Both the position numbers and the translations under genes were made by a program. This document shows positions 1 to 11,441 of a stretch of DNA of 64,000 nt, in pieces. Below the pieces are notes generated by a model, which saw nothing but the letters and a program-made list of their open reading frames with translations, made no database searches and was not told where the DNA came from. The stretch lies in contig MU053934.1 of NCBI GenBank assembly GCA_013239625.1, forward strand, positions 6,032,399 through 6,096,398, read 5' to 3'. Position 1 is the stretch's first letter. Every line of letters starts with the position of its first letter. The DNA is from Lama guanicoe. Lineage: Eukaryota.

Positions 1-520
1 GGGTGTCTTGGAATTTTCTTGCGTGGGGGGCTCTCTCTGCGTCCGGAGCTTTGGGGTGCGCGGATGCTTCGCCCGTCCCCGCAATGGGGGTCGAGGGGGT
101 TGTAGGGGACGTGGTTGGCAGCGCGCCCCTTCCTTTTGTGTGCGCCTTGGTCCCGCAGTGCCGGAGGTTGGAAGGACCGCAGCGCGGGCCGAGCACCGCG
201 CCCGCCGACAGGCCGCTCCTGCCGGCTACGGTGGTCACGCGAGCCCGGGGATCCGGGGCCTGCGGCCGGCCCAGGAGAGGGGGCGGCAGGAACGGGGGGC
301 GCGGTCAGGGGGGCATTTCCGGTCGCGAGATCAGTCCCTGGGCTCTGAGGCCTGCGAAGGGCCCGTCGTCGGGACAGGAGCGTGGTGGCTGCGGGGGACA
401 ACTCCAGAGCCTGGGGGACGCCCCGGGGAGATGGGTGCTGGGGAGCCTCGGACCCCCTCCCGCCCTCAGCGGGCGTCAGGAACCCCTCCAGGCCTGCTCT
501 CTCCTTTCGCGGCTTTCCCC
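1..520. promoter_or_regulatory. ZC3H7B: CpG island (3' part) at the ZC3H7B promoter / start of intron 1
   Basis: Very high GC and dense CpG that drops abruptly near 520; sits 18 kb upstream of the first coding exon, so exon 1 is inferred to lie just before the window. Confidence 0.8.
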
Positions 521-3500
521 TTAAAATCTGCCTGTCTCAAGTGTATATAAGGCGCCTGGTTTGGGGGTCTTTCACAGAGACAAAGCAGATTCCCAGGGGG
601 AAAAATCACGTAGAAACAATTCACTGTGACAGACCCTGACGGCTGTGATGCCAAAATGGCCTTAATGGGGAAGAGCGGGGGCTGGAGAAGGAATGAGGGC
701 TGGAGAAGGGGGCTGGCTGGGCCCAGAGTAGGGGCCTGGGGCCCACAGCAGCTTTGTCAGGGATTTCATTTCTATGGGGTTGCTTACTGAGACTGGTTCC
801 TGGGTACAAGACTTTGAACCCCAACTTTTTACCATTTTTCTTCGGCGCCTGCAATTCATGAGTCCCATGGAAATAGCAGAATGCAGATCTTTGAATTTTC
901 ACACAAATGTGATAATTACAGTACATTTAGCAACTGTTGGACACAGAATTCAAGCAGAATCAAAAAAAAAAATTCCAGCAGAGTCTTTAATTCTACTACC
1001 AAGACTTCCCCTTCCCTCTCCACACATACAACCACACCCACCTTGGTGGTCTTTCCCCGTTTTCACTTCCCATAGAAATTGGACTGCAAACTAGAAATGA
1101 TGCCTGGCCAAACACAGTTGGAGCAGGTTTAAGGTGTGGGCTTCCTTAAGCTGTGTCCAAGAGGGCTGAGATCTGAGGATAGGAGATTTTGTGGCCCCTG
1201 AGCTGGAGTGAGGTTTATCTTCCATGGATGCTGTGAATTCTAGGCTGTTGGCTTTTTATTTAGGATGGACACTTAAGAATATGGGTTTTGGTGGATTATT
1301 GGGGGCTAAGAAGCTCTGTGGGATGAGCTAGTCTCTTGAGGCTTAGGTATAGGAAAGTTGAAGCGTCAGCAGGTTTGGATTTGAGAATATGAAAATAATA
1401 ATCCTTTAAAATAGCATTTTTTAGTTTATAACAAAAGGTCTTTCACACATTTTGGCTCATCTGTCCTTCATAGCAACCATGTCAGCTCGACATTTTTCAG
1501 TCCTCATTTTCCAGATGAGAAACCTGAGGCTTAGAGAGTTGAAGTTCTCCCAGGAAAGTCACATAGGAGCTGGGATTCCTGCCTGATTTTCTGCCTCCAA
1601 ACCTTCACCTTTCCCAGAGCCCTGGCTACTTTAGCAAGTTACTTTTCAAGGGCCTCTTGTGAGCATAGCGTGATGCTGCGGGGCAGCCTTGGGTTGAGTT
1701 TGCCACTTAGAGGGGCAGGAGAGAGGTTAACTCTAGTGAACCAATGAGTGAACAAGGAAGTGGTCACTACGGGGTCAGTGTGGTGGCAGTGGAGAGAAGA
1801 AAGCTCTCAGGGTAGCCTGGGAAAGCTAGGGAAGGCTCCCTCCAGGAAGTGATCTTGAGCTTGAAAGAGTGTGGAGGCTTGGCCGGGGTGGAGAAGACAT
1901 AGGGAGTTCTGGGTTCACACAATTGCTTCCACACTGGGAGGCTGACATACATTCTGATTCTTACGGTGGCTCCATAAGGGATAGGCATTATTGTCTCCAT
2001 TTCACAGATGAAGAAACTGAAGAACACAGGGTTTATGTGGCTGGCCCAAAGTCACCCAGCTGGATTTGAAGTCAGTTCTGTGTGACTGTTGAGTGTGCTA
2101 CCTGGTGTCAGAATCGGATCACCTCCACCCCAAGTATGTGGACAAGAACAGAGACCAAGATGGTCTGAATTGGCAGATGCTCCAGGGGTGGAGCCTTAAG
2201 CTAAAAAGGTCAGCAGGCTCCGCCAGGCCGGGGAGTTTCACTGAACTAGCTCTGTGTCCCACGGCCTCACGGGCTGGCCCAGTACAGGTACCCTCAGGAG
2301 ATTTCGGAAAGCATGACTGGAGCAGGCACAACGGTGGTGGGAGCACGGAGATTAAGTTCACTGCCCGAGTGCCTGCCAGGGCCCAGCTCAATGCCTCAGA
2401 GGAGTTTACAGCTTGGAAAGGAGAAAGTTATGGATGATTAACCTGAGCTTCCCAAGGACAGGAACTGGGTCTGACTCACCCTGTGTGTCCCAGGCCCCAG
2501 TGGAGGTGCCAGGAGGACACATTCAGCCATTGTGTTGTCAAACTGAATTATGCCCAAGTGTAGCGGAAGAAGATTGATTTTGCCCTGGGGGTGGAAGGTC
2601 TTCTGAGAAGAAGTGCCATTTAAACAATTTGAAAGATGGGTTGAGAAAGGCCAGAGAAAGGGCATTCTAAGGAGAGGCATTGAGACAGACAAAGGCAGGG
2701 CAGTGGAAGGTAGGAGCGGGCAGATCAGCTGCTATAGCCACGGTGTGGGGGCAGGTGTGAGTTCAGGTTGAAGACAGGCTGTGCCACCATGGTCCCTTGG
2801 GTTCTCCAGGCCCAAGTTTCCTTTTCTGAAAATGAGCCCTGAGATTTGATGATGTTTGGTGGTAACCTCTGGGAGAAGCCCAGTGCCCAGGGATCAGGAC
2901 AGGAGACTCAGAGGAGAGGAACTAGAGAGGTTTAAATTAGAAAAAATAATAATTCAGCAAACACCAACCCAGCAATTAGCTAGTGGCCAGCTGTTGTGAG
3001 TGCTTTTTCCAAGAGGAGCTTGTTACCTTTATACTAGCCCTATAGGTGAGTGCTATAATTATCCCCATTTTATAGATGAAGAAACCGAGGCACAGAGAGG
3101 GTAAGTGACATTGTGTTGGTGGCAGGGTTAAAGGGCAAACCCCAGGCGGTCTGGCTCTTGAGTTGGCCCTGTGGGGGACTAGGTTAGGTTGGGAGGGAGG
3201 AAGGGAGGTAGACGAGACTGATGGGGTCTCAGAGGTGAACTTCAGACAGCAGAAGGTGGAGGTGTCCTCTGAGGAAGTCTGGCTGCAGCCAAAGCAGGAG
3301 CCTCAGCCTGGGTTGATGGAGTGACTGCTACGTGTCATCTCCCAGGAGCCTCCACAAAAGCCAGCTCCTTTCATCACGTTTAATGGCCCATAGAAAACAG
3401 GCTCGTTTTCCTTCCCCTGTCATCACCAGCTCTGGGGCTCCTTCCCACCTTATTTATTTCTCCTAGTAAGTCTGCTTCTTTGCAGGCACCCTGATGGCTT

Positions 3501-4499
3501 CTGCAGGTGTGTCAGCGCTGTTTTCCCATCAGGCCACGGAGGCCCAGACGGAAGGGGCAGGAGCATTTCTGCATTCAGGAGCCACCTGTAGTCACTTCAG
3601 TTCAGCAGCAATTCCTGAGGCCTGAATCAGGCTAAGACACGGGCTTGACAGTGATAGTGGCAGTAGTGACAGCAGCCTCCGTGTCTGGACCACTGCTGTG
3701 TGCCTGCACCGTGCTTGCGCTTTCTGAGCTGCCTCTTACTGAATCCACTTAATAACACTATGAGACAGGAACGATTATTAGCAGCCCCATTTTGCAGATG
3801 AGGAGACTGAGGCTCCAAGATCACAGGACTGAGGTCGAGCAGGGGGTCAGAGGGAGCCAGGCCGCTAGGACTCCCAAGTCCGAGGACTTAGCTGCCATGC
3901 AGAAGAGATGCCTTCAAGTTCTTTCCATCTCCATGGAGTGCTTTTCTTACCTGTCTGGAAGCCCTACTTATCTAACACTTGTCTTGTGCTTTTGCCCACA
4001 GTCTCTCATTAACCCTCATGATAATCATTCAAGGTAAGAGAGGTTCCTGTTTTTCAGAAGAAAACTGAGGGGTCACCCACCCTCCATTCTTCCTGTCCTG
4101 TCCACACTGTGACTCAGGGCAGGAGCCAGAGGTTAGATTCCCTGAGTCCAAGAGCCAGGGTCAGCCAGCGAGCATGCATTGAGCACTTCCCTGGGGGCTG
4201 CAGGCAAGGTCAGGGCTCTGACCCTTCGGGCTTTTCAGGGGCTCATCTGTGCTCTCGTTCTCTGGAGCATATTCCGTGTTACACCCTGTCCCTCTGCAGG
4301 CAGAGGAACCCAGGGCAGGAAGTTCAAAGTCCTGGCTTTCGTCCCCAGCTCCAGCACACAGTAGCTGCGTGAGCTGGGGCACCATCATTTCGTCAGTCTT
4401 GGCCTCAGTCTCCTGCCCTCTTGCTGATTCAGCCCCATCTACCTTGACTTTGCTCTGAGACTCAAATGAAGGAACTCTGAAGGCTGTAGAGCCTGCCCA

Positions 4500-4677
4500 G
4501 GCTGCGCTCCCCTCTGAGTGAGACGGCCCGCACGCTGTCTGTGGGGTGTGTAACTACTCTGACTTTAAACTGAGCACCCAACCCTGTATCTCCTTTCTCT
4601 TGCCTTCTGAAGCAGCCTGCACTCTGTCTATGGAGTATGTATCTCTCTGAATAATTCTACCTTTACTCAGAAAAAGA
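4500..4677 (+). mobile_element. Fragment related to the ERV LTR R region, ending in an A-rich tail
   Basis: Exact 20-, 15- and 15-nt matches to the reverse complement of LTR 60354-60503. Confidence 0.75.
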
Positions 4678-4767
4678 CCACCCATTGTGAGGGTGTGGTT
4701 GTGGTTGCCAGGGACATTTAATAACCTCCAGAATGTTCCTGAATCTTCTCCACTGCTCACCGTAATT

Positions 4768-5431
4768 TGGGCCTGGACTACTGCAGTAGCCTCCTAACCA
4801 GTCTTCCAGCTTCTCTTCTTGTCATCCATCCTCAATGCAGCAGCCAAAGGGTACTTCTCAAGATTTAAGTGAGACCCTGTCCCTTCTCTGCTGAAAACCT
4901 CCCAGTGGTGTGCTGGCACACCTCGAACCCAGCGCTGGCTCTCCAGTGTGGCTATATGTAGCTCTCTGACCAGCTTCAGCCTGTGCCTGGCACCTTGCTT
5001 CCTACTTGGCCTGCCCTCACTCCAGTATGCAGCCTCACTGTCCTTCTGTCTTTCCCTTGAATTCTAAGCTTGTTCCCACCTCAGGCCATTGCCTTTGCCG
5101 TCCCCTGTGCCCAGTGTGCCCTTACCCACCTCGCATGTTCCCATGATTGGCTCCTTGTCCCTCTTAAATGCCACCTTCTCAGAAGGGCCTGCCCTAAGCT
5201 CCTGGCCCCAACCCCCATCACTCCCTGCCACGTATCCTATTTTAGTTTCTTTGTAACTCTTATCTATATCTTTGCTTATCTTGTGCATTTAACAGGGACC
5301 TGTTTATTTGTTTTTCCACACTGGACCACAAAGCTCCCCAAGGCCAGGGACTTTATTAACCTTGTTCCCCAGGATCTAGCAGAGCCATCGCACAGGAAGG
5401 TGTTCTGTGGTTATTTGTTGAATAAATGAAT
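4768..5431 (+). mobile_element. L2 3' region remnant
   Basis: cctggactactgcagtagcctcctaac... ending in tatttgttgaataaatgaat. Confidence 0.7.
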
Positions 5432-6630
5432 AATAGTAGCAGGGTGGTCCAGAACAGCCCTTGCCAAAAAAGAGTGGCCTAGAAAGAAACCGCAAAGAAA
5501 TCTGTGTTGACTGATTAAAAAGTACTCAGGATAATTTTGAAAGTTGCCAAGCATTCTCTGACAGTGCCCAGTTCAGGAGAAACGCAAATTTCAGACCTAC
5601 TGGTGTGTGTGTGTGTTGGGGGATGGGGGCACTATTTAAATCTGCAAAATAGTCTTACAAGGTAGGTGTCATTAGCTCCATCTTGCAAATGACAAAATAG
5701 AAGCTGGGATTGATGCCTGGAAAACCAGTGTGGGACAGGGCTGGGACTGCAACCCAGCTCAGGGCTCTGCACTTCCCCAGCCTGTCTCCTGGCAGTGATA
5801 CAGGCAGAGCAGCCCATGAAACTCTTGGTGCCCAGGTGGTACGACCACAAGGATTTCTGCTCCCGTGAACAGAGCAATGACTTTCCAATTGCTCAGAAAA
5901 AAAGAATGATAAGGCTCTGAGCTCTGGGATTCTGGGCGAGTTCTGTGTTTTTTTGTTTTTTTTGTTTTTAAAGTATACTTGCCCATAATTCCCAAGGGTT
6001 TTACAATGAACTTACGTTACTTTTCTATTAAAAAAAAAGTTATTGTTTAAATGTCTCATTTCAGTACCTTGGTGGGTGGGTGGTGATGGAGAACTGGAGT
6101 GGAGCCTGGGCCCCTGGAGAGGCAAGTGGGTTTGAACTCCTCTGTGCAGTTTGGCCCTCAGGTTGTTGGTAGCGACAGACAAGATTAAGAAAGTAAAAGC
6201 CTTTTGTAACCAGAATGCTGTAGGCGGGTGAGGGTTATGCATTGTGACTGACTCTTAGTTTGGCTTTTGGTGGGGCAGTGGGGGAGGCCTGGGGCAAGTT
6301 TCCTGAACTTTGGTTTCTGTTCAAGGTGACCAGTTAACAGAAAACAAAGTGCAGGTTGCTGAGGCCTGTGGGCATCCATTGCACATCCATTCCAGAAGGT
6401 TCCTGGTGGAGCCCCAGGCCACACCATACCTGCAGCCTTTCTCCTTGGCAGCAACAGGGCCTTGGGCCAGTCAAGGATCCCTTCAAGACTCGGTTTTTTT
6501 TGTTGTTGTTGTTGGGTTTTTTCCTTTTTTATGCTTTATTTTTTACAAGCCTCACATCTTGGTAGAAAGAGGGGATATTAGCACCTACTTTTGAGATTAT
6601 TGTAGGGATAAACAGCATGATTCCTGAGAA

Positions 6631-7070
6631 CAGGGCTTCTCAATCACCTCTGCAGTCAGCGTGGGGAAGTCCAGGAATGTCTTCTCAGAATACTCTCTAA
6701 ATGCATAAAGTAAAATACACAGAATTACAAAGGAAACCAATTCTCTTGAACTACAGCTGGGCTTTTTTTTTTTTTTAATCAATGCACTGAAAAAAGAAGA
6801 TCAAGCAGTGAGTCTAATGTAACTACTACAATTTCAAGGTTGTGGTGAGGGTGAACAATATTTTATTACATCTGCAGTAGCTGAAATGTGACAGCAGAAA
6901 AGTCGTGATTTCTTGTGCCAACACTCCTGCAGTGTATTGCCTATGCTCATGATAGCAGGCAACGTTAACAGCAGGTAGAAATTAGTGGAAAAAAAAGTGT
7001 TTTCCCAGACCCCTGAAAAATGGTCACAGACCCCTGAATTCTCTCCCTGGGCCCCAGGTTCAAAACCCCC
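6631..7070. mobile_element. hAT-Charlie-like DNA transposon remnant
   Basis: CAGGGCTTCTCAA start, CAGGTTCAAAACCCC end, internal aatgcataaa...acaaaggaaaccaatt motif (recall only). Confidence 0.45.
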
Positions 7071-8904
7071 GCCACAGAAGTTGCTTGACACCCAGCATGC
7101 TTGACACCCTCCAGAAACAAGCTGAGACCCCTTCCCGACCTCCTTGGAGCAGAAGGTGGACAGACAGGGGAAGGGATAAATGCAGACCTGGAAAGCTGAC
7201 TAGTGAGGTCAGGGACTGTGAAATTAAAGCCTTCCTGGTCTCTGTGGGTAAGCCATCGAGGGCCTGGTAGTCAGAGGAGGGCCCGGCGTAGAGATGATGT
7301 GACCCCAGGTGGTGTGTGCCCTGTCTGCGGACTGTACTGACTGCTGCTTTTGCAGGAAACCTGGGGCAGGTGAGTGCCAGGTGGGTGGAGTGTGGATCAA
7401 GGTTGAAGGCAGCCTGTTGGGGGAGGATTTTTGAGCTGAGCAGTGACACTGTGTGGGCGCCAGAGTTCAGAGCCCAGCTTCATCACTTACAGTCACCCTG
7501 GCAGGTCAGTTCACCTCCTAGTGCTTTGGTTTCCTCATCTGTAAAATGGGGATGATGGTAATACTTTTCTTAAGTGGTGTTATGAAGATTAAGTATTATA
7601 CTTAAAGCTCTAAGAATATCTGGTAGGAGAAAGTGCTTAATAAGTGATGACTGAAATCGGCACCTTCACTGTTATTCTAGGATTCACGAGACTGCACTTA
7701 CTCAGATTGTGTTCCTGGGCACTGTCTCTGTGCTGCTCAGAGATGAATCAGATGCAGCTTCTGCCTTCAAGGAGTTCCTAGTTTAGGGGGAGTCTGGGGA
7801 CATGAGCACATAATTTCAGTTACCTAGGATAAGAGCAGTGGTTGTGGTGAGCTTGGGATGCTGTGCTAGGGTGGGGTTTGGGGAAGGAAGACTTCCTGGA
7901 GGAGGAGCCACCTCAGCTGGACTTTAAAGAAGCACTGAGCATTAGTCAAGTTTGTTCCAGAAAGAGCGGGCAGCTTGAACGGGAAGCAGGACGGTCCGAA
8001 GTTGCTGGAGTGTCACATTCCAGGCCAGGCCATGGGCGCTGTGTACCCTGGATGAGCAGCTTGGCCTTTGTTCTCCTGGTAGTGAGTGTCATGTAAGGTT
8101 TGTTTGTTTTTTAACTTTTCATTCACAGGAAGTTGCAAAAATAGTACAAAGAGTCCCTTTAGCCAGCGACCTTGGATGGTGATACCTTATGCAGCTAATA
8201 TATATTATCAAAACCAGAAAACTGGCATTGGTACCTTACTTGACTACAGAGCTTATTCACTTTTCACCTTTTTTTAAGCCTGCATTCATTCGCGTGTACA
8301 CACACGCACTTGGAAGCGTTTTAAGCAGGCGAGTGACACTGGCGTGTGTCAGATATCCCTGGCCACCAAATAGCAGCAGATTGGAGGGGCTTGTTAGAGG
8401 CTGTTGGCCAGAGGTGATGAGGGCCTGCTCGTGGAGATGACGGGAGAAGAAGGGAGGAGTGTTTTGGAGGTCCACGTAGAAGAAATTGGATGATGGTTGG
8501 ATCTAGTTAGGGAATAATGGAGGAGGAGCAGGATTAGGGGAGAAGCTGCTGAGTCAAGTTTGGAATGTGCTGAGTTGAAAGAACGCTAACCCAGCTGGGA
8601 TCAGCACCAGGAAGGACTTTCTGGACGTGGAGGCTTCCAAGCTGGGTCTTAAAGGATGAGTAGGAGTTGCCTAAGGTGGGGGTAGAGAGGAGGAGGGCAT
8701 TCCAGGTAGAGGGTCCAGGATTAGGAAATCCTTTCACAAAACGTGACCAAGAAAGGGAACCAAGGTTGTGTGTTAGCCAGAAGGGGATTCAGGATCAGAG
8801 GAGGGAGTTATTTTGGGGGTGGGGAGGACTTGAGCATGATGACAGACTGAGGGCCCTGGGGCTGGGGCTGATGGCTGAATGGGGGATGGTGAGGGTAATG
8901 GTGA

Positions 8905-9140
8905 TGTCTGTGGGCTCTGGGGACAGGCTGCCAAGGTTTGAATCCCAGCTCCACCTGTACCAGCTGTGTGATCTTGAGCAAGTCTCTTAACTTCTCTGTG
9001 CCTCTGTTTCCTCCTCTGCAAAATGGGAATAATAGCAGTCCCTAGATATTTCATAGGGTTGTGCGAGCCTTGAGATATTATGTGTATAGGGATCATGACA
9101 GCTCCTGGCACATGGTAACCACTCAAGAAATGTTAATATT
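8905..9140 (+). mobile_element. MIR (representative; further MIR remnants near 1390-1610, 1960-2090, 3000-3150, 7470-7650, 10790-10960, 19075-19290, 22980-23210, 23775-23985)
   Basis: MIR core tgtgatcttgagcaagtctcttaacttctctgtgcctctgtttcctcctctgcaaaatggg. Confidence 0.8.
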
Positions 9141-10071
9141 ATCACCCGATTAATTTATTTTGGTATCAGTTTTTCTGATTTATTTATTCAACATTCACTT
9201 ATTCTTATCTATGTAATGCCTGGGTTGGATAAGTTGATATTCATTCATCCATTTCTTTTTCATCCAAGCCACTATTTCCTGAGCACTTGCTCTGTGTCAA
9301 GTGTAGGGCCAGACATTAAGATTTTGATGAGGCTGGCACAGTCCCTTCCTGGTCTGATGAAGATCTGAGTCTCTAAAATTCTGTCATCTTCAGCCCTTCT
9401 CCAAAGTGGAAAAAAAAAAAAAAACAATGTGTTTCCTTCATGGTTCTCAAGTGAATGGTTTGGTCTTTTCCTTGGAAAGAACAGTCCATGGACACTTGGG
9501 GAGTCCTGGAGCACTGGGTTTAAAAACTTACTGGTTCCCATTTGGCCCCTGTCCTACTGTTGGCCTCAAGTCAGTTGTCTCATTTTTTATCTTAGATTAC
9601 AGGGTTAATACTTGCTCTCTGCAAAAAATCCAAACCATTCTGAGGTATAGAAAGCAGAAAAGAAAGTCGTCTGTGTCCTGCTGCCTCTTGGCAGATCAGT
9701 CTCCAGAGAACCAGTTAAATTGGAGAATATTCTCTCAAACTCCTTCTTTATGTAAACACACACTGCACAGATGTAATCATACAACACAAAATGTTCTAAA
9801 CTCTGCTTTTTGTTCCCTTTCTCAACCATGTACAGAGCCATCTCTGACAATACATATAAATTCAACAGCTGCATTGTATTCCGTGGTATGGGTATACCGT
9901 AACTCAGATTACTGATTAAGTTAATTCTTTACTGGTGAGCATTAAGGTCTCTTCTAACTTTTTATTCTTTAAAAAATACACCCCTGTACAAGTATAACTG
10001 AGGGCTTTTACAAGGATTTTGGTAGGTTAAATTCTTAGAAGGGAAATTTCTGGGTCAAAGAGAAAGGACAT

Positions 10072-10520
10072 TGTATCATTTGGAAGGCTTTTGGCTACAA
10101 GTAACAGAATTTCTTCCTCAAAATGGGAGTTTATTATAATCTCACATGTTAAATGAGGTGGAGCAGTTCTGGGGTCAGTTAATTTATGGGGTCAGACATG
10201 ATCATTAAATACCTTTGGTCTGTCTTTCTGCTCTGCCTTCTTCTTAATACCCTGGCACACAGCTGCAGAAAAGGGGTTAGTTCCTCTGTCCCCCTTTTAA
10301 GTCTGAAGAAAATCTTTCCCAGAAGCCCCTTGGCTGATTTCCCTCCTTTCTATTGGCCAGGATGATGTCACATGGCCGTGGCCAAGCCAATCACTGGCAA
10401 GGAAAAGGACCGTTATGATTGGCTTAGCCCAATGCAGGTTCACCTGAGGAACCGTTTTGGGGCTGTGCCAGGGAGGAAGAAGGGAGGCTGGCTGCTGGGT
10501 GGGCAGCTTGCTGGTTTGGT
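10072..10520 (-). mobile_element. Old MLT1 (J/K/L-like) LTR remnant
   Basis: tgtatcatttggaaggcttttggctacaagtaacagaa start and tattggccagg...gtcacatggcc motif; right boundary approximate. Confidence 0.55.
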
Positions 10521-11326
10521 GGGTGCTGCTTCACAGAGGCACTGCCGGTTCCCACGCTCAGAGTATTGGCAGTGTTGCAGAGTGCCGTTTCCTCCACCCT
10601 CATCCACCAGGCTCTCTTCTCTCCTTAGCCTCGTAGGTAAAAAGTGGCACCTTGTAGATTTAATGTGTGGCTCTGTTATCAGTGAGCTTGAGTATCTTTT
10701 CTCAATGATTTATATTTCCTGCGAATTTCCTGTTTATGTTCTTTGCCCGTCTTTTTAAAGTAATCATGATGATTATAAAATAAAAATAGTTGATACTCAA
10801 TGCTTATGTGTCAGACATCTCATTGAACCTTCCTAACAACGCTATACAGTAGATATTAGTATCCCTGTTTCAGAGATGAGGAAAGTGAAACACTGAGAAA
10901 TTAAGCAGCTTGTAATAATCAGTTAATAAGGAACAGATTTTGAATTTGAACCCAGGCATGCACCTGGGTGCAAGGTCACACATTGTGCTGATAAATCAAA
11001 GGAACTGTTTCCTGTTGGTTCTTTAATCCACAGATGTATTTCTGAGAAGAGCCCATTTGAGGCAGGTCCAGCTTGAAATTCCTAAATTATAAGAACCTGG
11101 ACCCAGAGTTGGTGGTTGGGGGAGGGAACTGCCCAGCTTGGTAGTGGGATTCTGGGGAGGTCAGAGCCTCAGATGTCTCCTTGAACTTTTTTCTTTAGAA
11201 AGAAACGAGATGTTTTGGCTTTCATGCTCCTTGCTCTTCCACCAAGTGCCCTATCTGAGTCATGCCTGACCCTCACCCTTGAGGAACTCACCACCTCCCT
11301 CTTTAACTGAGAACAAATGATCTTTT

Positions 11327-11420
11327 TTTTGGTGGTATTGTTGATGGAAGTCCTGGGGATTGAATCCAGGACCTTGTGCATGCTAAGTATGTGCTCTACC
11401 ACTGAGCTATACCCTCCCCC
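11327..11420 (-). mobile_element. tRNA-Ala-derived SINE (camelid vic-1-like), short form
   Basis: GGGGAGGGTATAGCTCAGTGGTAGAGCAC...GATTCAATCCCCAG on the - strand; 14-bp TSD ACAAATGATCTTTT (11313-11326, 11422-11435). Confidence 0.88.
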
Positions 11421-11441
11421 GACAAATGATCTTTTAATTAC

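Noticed and set aside
3..550. 173- and 180-aa ORFs at the window start
   Set aside because: CpG-island composition suppresses stops; Gly/Arg/Ala-rich noise inside intron 1
11327..11420. tRNA-Ala-like sequences here and at the four other SINE sites
   Set aside because: AT-rich tails, TSDs and degenerate acceptor stems identify them as SINEs, not tRNA genes
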